DNA of 52,164 bases from Octopus bimaculoides (lineage: Eukaryota): the NCBI RefSeq assembly GCF_001194135.2, contig NC_068995.1, positions 48,834,924 through 48,887,087 of the forward strand, written 5' to 3'. The notes under the pieces were generated by a model. It worked only from the letters and a program-made list of their open reading frames with translations, was not told where the DNA came from and did no database searches. Of the stretch, positions 39,152-51,466 are shown piece by piece (position 1 is the stretch's first letter; each line of letters opens with the position of its first letter). Position numbers and translations under genes: made by a program.

Positions 39152-39662
39152 NNNNNNNNNNNNNNNNNNNNNNNNNNNNNNNNNNNNNNNNNNNNNNNNN
39201 NNNNNNNNNNNNNNNNNNNNNNNNNNNNNNNNNNNNNNNNNNNNNNNNNNNNNNNNNNNNNNNNNNNNNNNNNNNNNNNNNNNNNNNNNNNNNNNNNNNN
39301 NNNNNNNNNNNNNNNNNNNNNNNNNNNNNNNNNNNNNNNNNNNNNNNNNNNNNNNNNNNNNNNNNNNNNNNNNNNNNNNNNNNNNNNNNNNNNNNNNNNN
39401 NNNNNNNNNNNNNNNNNNNNNTGTATGTATGTGTGTGTGTGTGTATATGTTTGTGTATCTGTGTTTGTCCCCCTGCAACATCGCTTGACAAACGATGCTG
39501 GTGTGTTTACGTCCCCGTAACTTAGCGGTTCGGCAAAGGAGACCGATAGAATAAGTACTAGGCTTACAAAGAATAAGTCCTGGTGTCGAATTGCTCGACT
39601 AAAGGCGGTGCTCCAGCATGGCCACAGTCAAATGACTGAAAGAAGTAAAAGAGTGAAAGAGT
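38992..39662 (+). mobile_element. SINE family A, full length, gap inside its internal microsatellite
   Basis: 5' half at 38992-39120 (head deleted between GGAGTGGCT and CCAGGTTCAGTCCC), (TA)n, gap 39152-39421, 3' half to GACTGAAAGAAGTAAAAGAG. Confidence 0.88.
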
Positions 39663-40567
39663 AAAGTGTATAATAATAATAATAATAATAGTTTTTTCTT
39701 GGTAGTGGTGATAATGATGATGATGGGGTAGTGATTGCGGTGGTGGTGGTGGTGGTGCTGGTGCTGGTGGTGGTGGTGTTGATTTTATATATATATCAAA
39801 CTCCGCATACGTCTGAGCATTTGCGCACGCGATCGTGTATGCGTGTATGCGCGTCTGTCTGTATTTCAGTCCGAACGTGATTAACATCTGAAAAAGGGTG
39901 GAGTTTAAAGTTCTTAGAAAATCCACTTTTTTTGTCTCTCTCTCTCTCTCTCTCCATACATCTTACCCTCTCTCTCTACCCCTCTCTCCCACTCTCCGGT
40001 TTTTGCTGTAATTCAAGACTTCCAGTTAATCTGACTGGAACTCTTGTTACGCAACTTCTTCAGCATCCGCCAATATCTTTATCGACATTCCAAAGCCATC
40101 TCACCAATCATCAGCTGTACTTAATCCGTGAAACTTTTCTTCCTTTCTATTGACGACGCCCGCCTACCCATTCTGACCGTATTTCTCGTGCAAAAGAAAA
40201 AAGCCTTTATATAATCGCTCGACACGTTAGAAATAGCAACCAAACTCTCCTTAAATCACACACAGTTTTGTCTTTGAAAAAGGAAGGATAAAAGAAATAA
40301 TGAGTTGAGGTTCTTTTTTTTTTAGCTAAAATGGAGAAGGGCAGCGCCCATGGCATTTCACAGCGCCACGATACTTCTCGGCGTTCGTCACACTTTTTTA
40401 AAGACTGATTAAAGAAATGGAGAGAGAAAGGTGTCATCAAACCGATATCCTAAACCAAATGATTGCAACAGATAGAATTCCACCTCCTCCTCTTCCAGTG
40501 GCCACCAATGGTCGGTTAGTTTTGTTAAACCAAAGAAAGGAGTAAGTCTACTTTCCAAGCAGGCAAT

Positions 40568-41008
40568 GGCAGGATTTGAACTCAGTTCCTAAAAAGCTGG
40601 AAGAAACTCTACAAAGCATCGCTTCCGATAATCTAACAATCTCGCCAGTTTCCAGTCCTAGATTTCTACTTACATTTTTAGGTCACCATAAAGGCAATCA
40701 AGTATTTCACAATCAGTTCGTTAGGGGGTATAAAGAGGGCATTCAACTGAAGAAATTACAGCTAAGAATTTTGTCCGGCGTGCTAACGATTCAGCCAACT
40801 CGCCAGCATAATAATAATAATTATTATTATCTCAAATTTTGGCACACGTCCAGCAATTTCGGAGGAGGTGGTACCTACACTGCATCAACCCCGGTACTTG
40901 ACTGGTACGAATTTTATCGACCCCCGAATTGATGAAAGACAAAGTCGACCACGGCGGAATTTGAACACAGAACGTAAAGACGGTAAAATATCGCTGAGTA
41001 TTTCGCCC
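40568..41008 (-). mobile_element. Stack of SINE family C copies/fragments (40568-40650, 40766-40807, 40831-41008)
   Basis: GCAGGATTTGAACTCAG; CGGCGTGCTAACGATTC...CTCGCC; AAAGTCGACCACGGCGGAATTTGAACACAGAACG. Confidence 0.75.
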
Positions 41009-41019
41009 ATATATGCATA

Positions 41020-41224
41020 CGAGGAGGTGCTGAAAATTTCCTGGCTTTAAAGGCTTGGTTGGTGGCCAAACTGACCGAGCTCTTTTACAGGGCTTAGAAA
41101 AACTGAAGGACCGCTGCATTAGCTGTGTGAATCTGAGAGGGGAGTAAGTTGAATAAAATCATAATTAACTGATCTTCCTGTATTTTCTTTTACCAAAAGT
41201 CAGGAACTTTTCAGCAATCCCTCG
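41020..41224 (+). mobile_element. Mariner-derived MITE, 205 bp, TA target duplication
   Basis: TA|CGAGGAGGTGCTGAAAATTTCCTGGCTTT ... AAAGTCAGGAACTTTTCAGCAATCCCTCG|TA. Positions 41056-41156 read WLVAKLTELF/LQGLEKLKDRCISCVNLRGE*VE*, a mariner C-terminus. Confidence 0.88.
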
Positions 41225-42050
41225 TACATACGTACATACATACATACATATATATATACATATATACATTCGTACATATACACACACATACTTTAATAAT
41301 TCTCTCTTTCTTGTTCTAGCTCTATCTCTATATCTCTCCCTCTCCATCTCTCTCTGTCTCCCTCTCTCTCTCTTTCTGTCTCTTTCTGTCTCTTTCTCTA
41401 GCTCTGTCTCTATATCTCTCCCTTTCTTCCCCCCCTCTCTCTCTCTTACCACACAGACACGCACACACACACATACACACACATCCATGCACATGTAAAT
41501 ATATATATATATGTGTGTATCAAAGTATGTGTGCCGTCCATTTATCTTACACTACATGTTATCTGTCACATCACACGCACTCCTGACCTCCTGCTCTCCC
41601 CCTCTCATTCTCTCTCTCTCTCTCACTCTCTCTGTTTCCATCTCTCTTTCTTTCTCTCCTTCTCGCTCTTTCTCTTCCTCTAATCCTCCCTCTCTTTCTC
41701 TATCCTTCCCTTTCAATGCCAATCTCAACAACACTGCTAGAATACTAAATAGACGATCAAGTCAACTGAACATAATTTCCAAGTAGTGCATTTGTCTGTC
41801 TGTTTGTCTGTCTGCCTATGTGTCTGTGCGTCTGTCTGTAATCTCTGTCTGTGGTGTGGACAGAGATAAATCCAGTTAGGTGTGAAATATGGAATGTCAT
41901 GCGTGAATACTATCTTAAACTGACCGGACTGAATTAGCGTTTAGCCCGACTGTTCAACTTAACGGTCGTATTGCTGTGTAAGTGGTTGGATATTTGTTGC
42001 TGCTGCTTTCACAATATCTGTATGCATATATATACATGCGTATATATATG

Positions 42051-42088
<38 letters not shown>

Positions 42089-42233
42089 AAGAGAGCGATA
42101 TATACATATATACAAATATATATATTCGTGTGAGTGTGTATATATATATATATCTATAATATCAAACAAAGAAGAACAAACAAGAAAAAATAATAACGTA
42201 TGCATATCAAGAAAGAAAGAGAGAAGAGAGAAA

Positions 42234-42289
42234 GAGAGACTGTGAAAGAGAGACTGTGAAAGAGAGACTGTGAAAGAGAGACTGTGAAA
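42234..42289. repeat. 14-bp tandem repeat x4 (GAGAGACTGTGAAA)
   Basis: Four exact copies. Confidence 0.9.
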
Positions 42290-42408
42290 GAGAGACAGTG
42301 AGACTGACAAAGAGATGCATGCATGTCTCTACGTGAGTTTACATAAGTATCTATGAATTTATGTATATGTGAGGGTGTGTGTGTTTATGTGTACGTATAT
42401 GTATGCAT

Positions 42409-42469
<61 letters not shown>

Positions 42470-42711
42470 GTCACACATAAACGTGCATTCGTCTAATGAC
42501 TTAAGGACAAGTGACTTGTGATTTTGCATCCTCAGAGGATTCCCAGATAAAGAACAGAAACAGTTCTGCAAGGGTCACTTGGACTCAAATGAATTAATAA
42601 ACTCTCTACTTCAGTTATTGGATTCACCTTTTTAATTAAGGTGCTCTACGCTTGTAACGAAATTTCCGACTACAATGTATGTAGGCATGTATATGCCTCG
42701 ATAGATAGAGG

Positions 42712-42887
<176 letters not shown>

Positions 42888-43113
42888 ATGAGATTGAGGC
42901 ACACAAACACACATAAACACATATATCACTTTGATACCCTACGGAAGAGAACTTCACCTCACATTTCATCTTTTTATAGAGATGATGACTGGCAATCACA
43001 AACAATTTGAACGATATAGACATTAACGAATTTATAAAGGACTCGATAGTTCTCTACCCAGAATTTTGTTCAAATATGACTATAGCAACCAACCTAACGC
43101 TTAATAACTTTAA

Positions 43114-43145
<32 letters not shown>

Positions 43146-44489
43146 GTATATATATATTAATAAACCATGAGAAAAATAAATGTTATCTTTAAACGCTATC
43201 CAAAGCCGTGGCATATACAGAGACATCCATTTAAGAGGCGCTATACATAGTAAAAGCGAGTATCCATAGTAAGAGGATATCCAGAAGATCTATATAAACA
43301 CCTGATCTTCTTTAGATTCGAGAACATGGCGAATCCTCCCTCCTTCCTTGTCGCATTTTATCTGGAAGCTTAGAAACCAAGAGAAGTTGACCACCCTACT
43401 ATTTATTACTGGCAAACGTTGTCACTCGAGCTCCTTGATATTGCAACGGATAACCTAGCTGCTCTCTTTGACTCCTTGAGAAGCCCTTCATGCTGAAGCA
43501 AACTGCGTATTTCCTTAACAAGTTATACAAGTTATCTGAGCTCCGAATTGCCGCCACTGACGAGCAGTCACCGCAGAGAAATAACCAGAAGACCCTCTTG
43601 ACAAGAACATAATTTCAACTGTCTTTTTCCCCTTTATATGTNNNNNNNNNNNNNNNNNNNNNNNNNNNNNNNNNNNNNNNNNNNNNNNNNNNNNNNNNNN
43701 NNNNNNNNNNNNNNNNNNNNNNNNNNNNNNNNNNNNNNNNNNNNNNNNNNNNNNNNNNNNNNNNNNNNNNNNNNNNNNNNNNNNNNNNNNNNNNNNNNNN
43801 NNNNNNNNNNNNNNNNNNNNNNNNNNNNNNNNNNNNNNNNNNNNNNNNNNNNNNNNNNNNNNNNNNNNNNNNNNNNNNNNNNNNNNNNNNNNNNNNNNNN
43901 NNNNNNNNNNNNNNNNNNNNNNNNNNNNNNNNNNNNNNNNNNNNNNNNNNNNNNNNNNNNNNNNNNNNNNNNNNNNNNNNNNNNNNNNNNNNNNNNNNNN
44001 NNNNNNNNNNNNNNNNNNNNNNNNNNNNNNNNNNNNNNNNNNNNNNNNNNNNNNNNNNNNNNNNNNNNNNNNNNNNNNNNNNNNNNNNNNNNNNNNNNNN
44101 NNNNNNNNNNNNNNNNNNNNNNNNNNNNNNNNNNNNNNNNNNNNNNNNNNNNNNNNNNNNNNNNNNNNNNNNNNNNNNNNNNNNNNNNNNNNNNNNNNNN
44201 NNNNNNNNNNNNNNNNNNNNNNNNNNNNNNNNNNNNNNNNNNNNNNNNNNNNNNNNNNNNNNNNNNNNNNNNNNNNNNNNNNNNNNNNNNNNNNNNNNNN
44301 NNNNNNNNNNNNNNNNNNNNNNNNNNNNNNNNNNNNNNNNNNNNNNNNNNNNNNNNNNNNNNNNNNNNNNNNNNNNNNNNNNNNNNNNNNNNNNNNNNNN
44401 NNNNNNNNNNNNNNNNNNNNNNNNNNNNNNNNNNNNNNNNNNNNNNNNNNNNNNNNNNNNNNNNNNNNNNNNNNNNNNNNNNNNNNNNN

Positions 44490-45090
44490 GTGGTGGTGGT
44501 GGTAATGGTGGTGGTGGTAGTTGTAGTGCTGATGTTGATGATGATGGTGGTAATGTTGATGGTGATGATGATGGTGCTGGTGGTGATGGTGCTGGTAGGG
44601 TTGATGCTGATGGTCGTTATGGTCGTCATCGTCGTCGTTGTGATGGAGTTGTCGTTGTTGGTAATGGTGGTCGTGTCGATGATGATAATGATGATGATGT
44701 CGGTAGTGGTGGTGGTGGTGGTAGCGTTTTGTAGTAATGTTCGCGATAACGCTTTTGGCGACGGTGGTGGTGGTGATTGCAATAGTGATGGTGGCGGTGG
44801 CGGTGTAACCGATACTGGTGGTGGCTGTGGTGGGGATGATGATAGAACAATAATATCGTTGCTGATGGCGGTGTTAGTGATGATGGTGATAATGAAGCTC
44901 GTGGTAATGGTGGTGGGGCTGATGGTGGTAGTGTTGCTTCTGCTGATGGTGGTGTGGCAGTGATGTTAGTGGTGGCAGTGATGGTGCTGATGGTGGTGGT
45001 GGTGGTGGTTGTGGCTGTGATAGTAGTGGTAGCAGTGATGCTGGTGGCATTGATGGTGGTGGTGGTGTGGTGGTGGATTCGGTACAGGTG
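44490..45090. repeat. Degenerate (GGT/GAT)n array between two gaps
   Basis: Direct reading. Confidence 0.9.
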
Positions 45091-45934
45091 TTNNNNNNNN
45101 NNNNNNNNNNNNNNNNNNNNNNNNNNNNNNNNNNNNNNNNNNNNNNNNNNNNNNNNNNNNNNNNNNNNNNNNNNNNNNNNNNNNNNNNNNNNNNNNNNNN
45201 NNNNNNNNNNNNNNNNNNNNNNNNNNNNNNNNNNNNNNNNNNNNNNNNNNNNNNNNNNNNNNNNNNNNNNNNNNNNNNNNNNNNNNNNNNNNNNNNNNNN
45301 NNNNNNNNNNNNNNNNNNNNNNNNNNNNNNNNNNNNNNNNNNNNNNNNNNNNNNNNNNNNNNNNNNNNNNNNNNNNNNNNNNNNNNNNNNNNNNNNNNNN
45401 NNNNNNNNNNNNNNNNNNNNNNNNNNNNNNNNNNNNNNNNNNNNNNNNNNNNNNNNNNNNNNNNNNNNNNNNNNNNNNNNNNNNNNNNNNNNNNNNNNNN
45501 NNNNNNNNNNNNNNNNNNNNNNNNNNNNNNNNNNNNNNNNNNNNNNNNNNNNNNNNNNNNNNNNNNNNNNNNNNNNNNNNNNNNNNNNNNNNNNNNNNNN
45601 NNNNNNNNNNNNNNNNNNNNNNNNNNNNNNNNNNNNNNNNNNNNNNNNNNNNNNNNNNNNNNNNNNNNNNNNNNNNNNNNNNNNNNNNNNNNNNNNNNNN
45701 NNNNNNNNNNNNNNNNNNNNNNNNNNNNNNNNNNNNNNNNNNNNNNNNNNNNNNNNNNNNNNNNNNNNNNNNNNNNNNNNNNNNNNNNNNNNNNNNNNNN
45801 NNNNNNNNNNNNNNNNNNNNNNNNNNNNNNNNNNNNNNNNNNNNNCACCACCACCCGTCACACCCCACCCGAGTGTTTGTTTTTTTAGTGTTATTGTTGT
45901 AGGCGCTGTTGTTTTTGCATTGGGGTGTCAACGT

Positions 45935-45951
45935 TTGTAGTAGTAGTAGTA

Positions 45952-46003
<52 letters not shown>

Positions 46004-46185
46004 CAGTAGTAGTAGTAGCAGCAGCAGCAGCAGTTATAGTAGTAGTAGTAGTAGTAGTAGTAGCAGCAGCAGTTGTAGTAGTAATAGTGTCGGTTTTCAT
46101 CTCTTTGCGTTCTGGGTTCAAATTCTACCAGGAACGACTTTGCTCATTCTCTCTTTTGAAGTTGTGTAGAATAAAGTACCAGTTT
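45935..46185. repeat. (GTA/GCA)n array followed by a SINE C fragment (46094-46185)
   Basis: Direct reading; CGTTCTGGGTTCAAATTCTACC...CGACTTTGC...ATAAAGTACCAG. Confidence 0.75.
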
Positions 46186-46749
46186 TTTTTTTTTATGCCA
46201 GCTCGCCGCCTGTGCTAAGAACTATTATTATACTACTGAAATTACACAGCTGTTCCTTCTCTAACTCATACGTCGCGAGTTCGAATTTGCTGCTGGAAAG
46301 AAAAGTGCATTTTATATACTCTAAGTTGCCTAACAACACACCTGACCAATTATAACCCCTCTTATTGCAATAAGAATATGTTTTGTCACATGAGCCAGCA
46401 AAGGAACATCTATATGCATGCAGTAAAGTAGTTACTGTTTTCATTACATTCGCACTAGATCTGTGGCTCTTTGAGGGATTTTTTTCTCTTAGAAGGTATT
46501 GCACAAGGCCTTTTTATGGGGCCTTCAAAACTGGTTGGAGGGAGACCTGATTTGAATGCTTCGAACAGACTGGACTCCACTAAAAATCCCCCACGATGTC
46601 AATTGATATTGTTTAACCAGGGGACAGATGAAGTCTACCACCCAAACAGACTCCAATAGGATTTGATCTGAGAACGTAATGAGCTGGAACATATTCTACG
46701 AACCATCCAGTCCGACATTGCAACGCCCTGTGTCGATATCATTTTTTTT

Positions 46750-46870
46750 TTAATCAACCTCAAAAGAATGAAAAGCAAAGTTGACCTCAGCGGAATTTGA
46801 ACTCATAATATAGAATGTCAGAATGTATACCACGAAGCATTCTGACCAACACTCTAACGGCTCTGTCATT
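46750..46870 (-). mobile_element. SINE family C, partial
   Basis: AAAAGCAAAGTTGACCTCAGCGGAATTTGAACTC. Confidence 0.65.
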
Positions 46871-49800
46871 TCTTTGGCTTGCAACAATTCAGGTGGGAAT
46901 CAGTTTTGCAACTTTTGGGGGTGAAATGTCTGTTTAACAAGGCCCTTTTATGCTACCAACCTTGAAAATCCCTGAAGATAAAATAGCCAAATGGACACAG
47001 CTCTACCATTCCTGTGAAACTCTTAAAAATGAAAAACGCAAAAACAAAATAACGTACCTCATCATTCATCATTATTTATTTTATTCTTTTATGCCCCTAG
47101 GTGCAACAAAAGGCAGCCACTCACTCCTGTAGTATCGAACCCATTTCGTCGTATCAAAACGAAACGAAACGAAACTCAACCTTCCGTCTCCACTCTACAC
47201 TCATAAATCCGGCAGCACTTCACTTTAGGATATTTAAATACTTAAATATATTTTAAACAAAACTTTATAATAATAATCTCCTCTTCGTGGAGCCATTAAA
47301 GAACTACTTACCTACTTCACATTTAACATTTAACATTTAACACTAATATCATTTGCCACACCCAAACTATTTTTTTTTTACTCTTCCGCTTCAGGAGAGC
47401 GTGAACAGGTTCCGGAAGCAACTATTACTTCCTGTTCTATTTCCACACATACACAAGAGAGGTCGACAGCTATAGATTGATAGATGAGAAAGATATGAGC
47501 TATTGCACTATTACCCATCCAGTCAAGGGTTTACATTCTGTTGCTGAAACTTCATCATAGCCAGGGTGCCCTTAATCAAACATCCTAAGTGCAATTATTA
47601 ATTACTATGGTTTAGTTTCAACTTAACTAACAGTCTTATGATCAAACAGTTTCAACCGTGAACACACGTCTTTGTATTGAATATTGCGCATTTAGGACTT
47701 CGTTATCTGATGTCGCCCTCATTTTTAAAAATCTTTAGTTCTTTATCGAACAGGTTGTCTAATATGCTTATACGGCACGGGTCATAATACATTTGCATTC
47801 TTGTCTTCATTGCACCCTTCTTGGAGATCTTCTAGTGTGTTCTTCTGATTTCTCCGATACCATTCGACAACTGTACAATATTTTTCCCACGAGAGTACCG
47901 GATCGCAGGTATGAACTCATTTGCATGCAGTCAATCAGAGCTCTATAGACTAGTGTCATAGAATTAAATACAATAATTTGATAGATCTATAATTACTACT
48001 AATAATATTATAGTACTCACACATTTTCGTGACTTTTTTTTATTTTTGTACAAAAGCTCATAAAATGAATAAAACTCGTTTTTCTCTGAAGACCACAAGA
48101 AAACGCACACGTGGGACTCGGATAGCCAAAGACACATTACTCATACATACACACGTCCATAATTCGTATCAATGAATCGATATGTATTTATAAAACCTTC
48201 ATGCAGTTTCCGTACTTCCATATTCATTAAAAACATTATCCTTTATTGCTCTAGTAATTCAGACTTACCACTAAACCAGCGTATGTATCGATGATATTGG
48301 CATCTGAATGAGAGCACAATACAAGATTCGCTTGGCAATCGGAGGTCGTCATTTTGAATGCCAACCTTTGTTAACTTGACAACAAGGTCAAGGTGAGCTC
48401 TGATTGTTTGTATGCATATGAGTTCATTACTGGGGTCCGGAACACTCGTGGCAAAAATTTATATATATATGTACGTATGTACGTATGTATGCATGTATGT
48501 ACGTATGTATGTATGTATGTATGTATGTATGTACGTATGCATGAATATATTAAACAAAATCGAACACACACACAAGGTATGTTTGTTGTTAGTTCGTGGG
48601 TTGGCTGCGGTTTTTAGGCGTAGGAGAGTGTATTCTCTGTGCGCCTGGTATAAAATAAACACCTGAAACTAAATCACAGTCAAGGGAGACAACTTACATC
48701 AGGTCCTTTTTCGAAACGACAGACATTGATATTTCGTTCTTGTTTTGACTTATGAATTACGCATACTGACACGATATTCTTTCGATATATATATATATAT
48801 ATATAGTGTAATATTAGTTGCATTGTATTCATGGTTGTGTTTCCAATTTACCACATCAACATTCGTTATAGTATACAAAAATCTCTAATTTATGTCTAAT
48901 TTCAACAAATTTTATGTTTCCTTTCTCACAATCGTTCGAAGATGGGAAACAAGAAACTAGGACAAATCATATGTGAAGATTCGACTTGCATTAAATTATT
49001 CATCTTTCAATATTAATATTAAAAATCTGCATCGGCATCTCTCGTTTAGTTCAATATTAAGCACACACACGCACACACATACACACGCACACGTACACAC
49101 ACATACACACACATACATATACACAAACACACTCGCACACATCATAACCTATTATATATAGTTCTTGCATTTAGCGAAATTCTTGAGAAGATTTATTTTC
49201 AAAATTTTAAATGCTTCATTATACAACTTAACAAAACGTGTTAACATGTGTGCGTATATATGTGTGTGCATGTATGTATGTATATATGTACGTATATATG
49301 TATGTACGTATGTATGTATGTATGTATGTATATAATATTTGTGTGAGTGTATATTCATATACATCTCTCTCTCTCTCTCTCTGTATATATATATACATAT
49401 GTGTGTATGTATGTGTGTGTCTATGTACGTTTATGTCTATGTATTTGCACAGTCACATATACACATGTGTGTATACATGCATTCATACATACATGCATAT
49501 ATATATATATATGCGTGCATATATGTAAAGAAAAACACGTGTGTGTGCGTGCGTACGTGTATTCACATACACATGTAAATGTACATATACATGTATATTA
49601 TTGTGCGCGCGCGATTGTGTGTGTGCTTGTGTGTGCTTGTATGTGTCAGTGTGTGTTGTACATATAAGCATAGAAATAATTAAGATATGATAGTATTTAC
49701 ATAACGAATATAACTTTATTAGCTCCAGTTAGCTGTATATCAGACAGGCGACCCTTCATTGCACATAAAAACTGTTTGTTTTTCTTTGAAGAACACCAGA

Positions 49801-50154
49801 TATTAATCAGATAATCATTCTCTCCGACTTTACAACTTGGCACTTAAAATAACCAAATAAGCTTGATATCGATACGTTTTTTTGATTACCTTTTTATTCT
49901 TTGTTCTTATTTTCAGGTTTACGATTTATGTTCCGTCTCTTGATAAATATTGACGTTCTGTCGGAATTCGTGCTGTGTGTATATTGGTTTACATATTGAT
50001 TGCCGCCCACCATTGCCAGACGGAAAGTTACAGATTTGTGTAGAGGAGAAACTTTGCATACGATTAATGGTATTTATTTCTCATCGCTTTTTTTTTTTTG
50101 TTTTAGTTTTCGCGGCCATTTACAGCGCCTCCGTGATTGGTGGAAAGAACTTAC

Positions 50155-50298
50155 TTGGAGATACAGTGGTGGCACCCACACGGGATGGGTTCAACCGGCT
50201 CCGACCAACGAGTCGACCGTGTCCCTCACGAATGCAGACCACATCCGATGGTCGGCCGCTGTCGATGCTGTAATGCAGATTAACTCTCGATCCCACCG
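50155..50298 (-). CDS. Probable internal coding exon (144 nt, phase 1-1): xVGSRVNLHYSIDSGRPSDVVCIREGHGRLVGRSRLNPSRVGATTVSPx; product not recognised
   Basis: GC-rich unique island in AT-rich context. On the minus strand: branch-point CACTAAC (plus 50330-50336), no AG until gtctatggtcttcAG (50299-50300), one open frame of 47 full codons, donor CAA|GTAAGT (50149-50154). Confidence 0.52.
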
Positions 50299-51027
50299 CT
50301 GAAGACCATAGACACGGATATTAAACCCGGTTAGTGGGTAGAAATTTCATGTTAAAGTGATGTATTTTAGGAGATATAAAGAATAATAATAAATGGAGCA
50401 AACGCATATAAAGGAACTTATTGATTATACGCGTTTTGCTCCATTTATTATTATTCTATGTATANNNNNNNNNNNNNNNNNNNNNNNNNNNNNNNNNNNN
50501 NNNNNNNNNNNNNNNNNNNNNNNNNNNNNNNNNNNNNNNNNNNNNNNNNNNNNNNNNNNNNNNNNNNNNNNNNNNNNNNNNNNNNNNNNNNNNNNNNNNN
50601 NNNNNNNNNNNNNNNNNNNNNNNNNNNNNNNNNNNNNNNNNNNNNNNNNNNNNNNNNNNNNNNNNNNNNNNNNNNNNNNNNNNNNNNNNNNNNNNNNNNN
50701 NNNNNNNNNNNNNNNNNNNNNNNNNNNNNNNNNNNNNNNNNNNNNNNNNNNNNNNNNNNNNNNNNNNNNNNNNNNNNNNNNNNNNNNNNNNNNNNNNNNN
50801 NNNNNNNNNNNNNNNNNNNNNNNNNNNNNNNNNNNNNNNNNNNNNNNNNNNNNNNNNNNNNNNNNNNNNNNNNNNNNNNNNNNNNNNNNNNNNNNNNNNN
50901 NNNNNNNNNNNNNNNNNNNNNNNNNNNNNNNNNNNNNNNNNNNNNNNNNNNNNNNNNNNNNNNNNNNNNNNNNNNNNNNNNNNNNNNNNNNNNNNNNNNN
51001 NNNNNNNNNNNNNNNNNNNNNNNNNNN

Positions 51028-51056
<29 letters not shown>

Positions 51057-51059
<3 letters not shown>

Positions 51060-51224
51060 GATTTGGCTTCTTTTAGTTTCCGTCTACCAAATCCTCACAA
51101 GGCTTTGGTCGGTCTGAGGCTATAATAGAAGAGATTTGCCCAACGTGCCATGCAGTGGGACTGAACCCGGTAGCATGTGGTTGACAAGCAAAGTTTCTTA
51201 CCACACAGCCACACCCGCGCCTAT
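51057..51224 (-). mobile_element. SINE family A, 5' half, (TA)n running into gap 50465-51027
   Basis: Reverse complement of the A head: AGGCGCGGGTGTGGCTGTGTGGTAAG...GGGTTCAGTCCCACTGCATGGCACGTTGGGCAAAT. Confidence 0.82.
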
Positions 51225-51441
51225 CTTGAAGAATTTTCGAAATTTCTTTCCAGTTTCCGCTACAAAAGCAACGTCTCATTTGTGAGAATATTTTAACTTA
51301 TTCTTCTTTTGTCATACATTTTTATATTATCATTGAATTTGATTTTGATATTGAGAGTCTGTGTCAAGGTTATGGGCACTGCTTCTTCCTCTTGACTAAT
51401 CCTTTAAAACAAAATGAAGCCCTTCTTGTGCAACCTTTTGA

Positions 51442-51466
51442 GGGGCGGGGCAGGGCAGAGACCAAT
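51442..51466. promoter_or_regulatory. GC box (GGGGCGGGG) next to a CCAAT motif
   Basis: Exact motifs at 51442-51450 and 51462-51466 in unique AT-rich DNA. Motif match only, no TSS evidence. Confidence 0.2.

Noticed and set aside
39811-39887. 77-nt minus-strand exon with good AG and GTATGC
   Set aside because: Half of it is (CA/CG)-microsatellite-like, and two frames are open simply because of low complexity.
46270-46295. 21-nt NAGNAG microexon on the minus strand
   Set aside because: Coincides with a degenerate SINE C core (GAGTTCGAATTTGC); splice-like signals are probably repeat-derived.
47080-47150. 3' end of an RTE LINE (VAAFCCT*GHK)
   Set aside because: Too short and degenerate to distinguish from chance.
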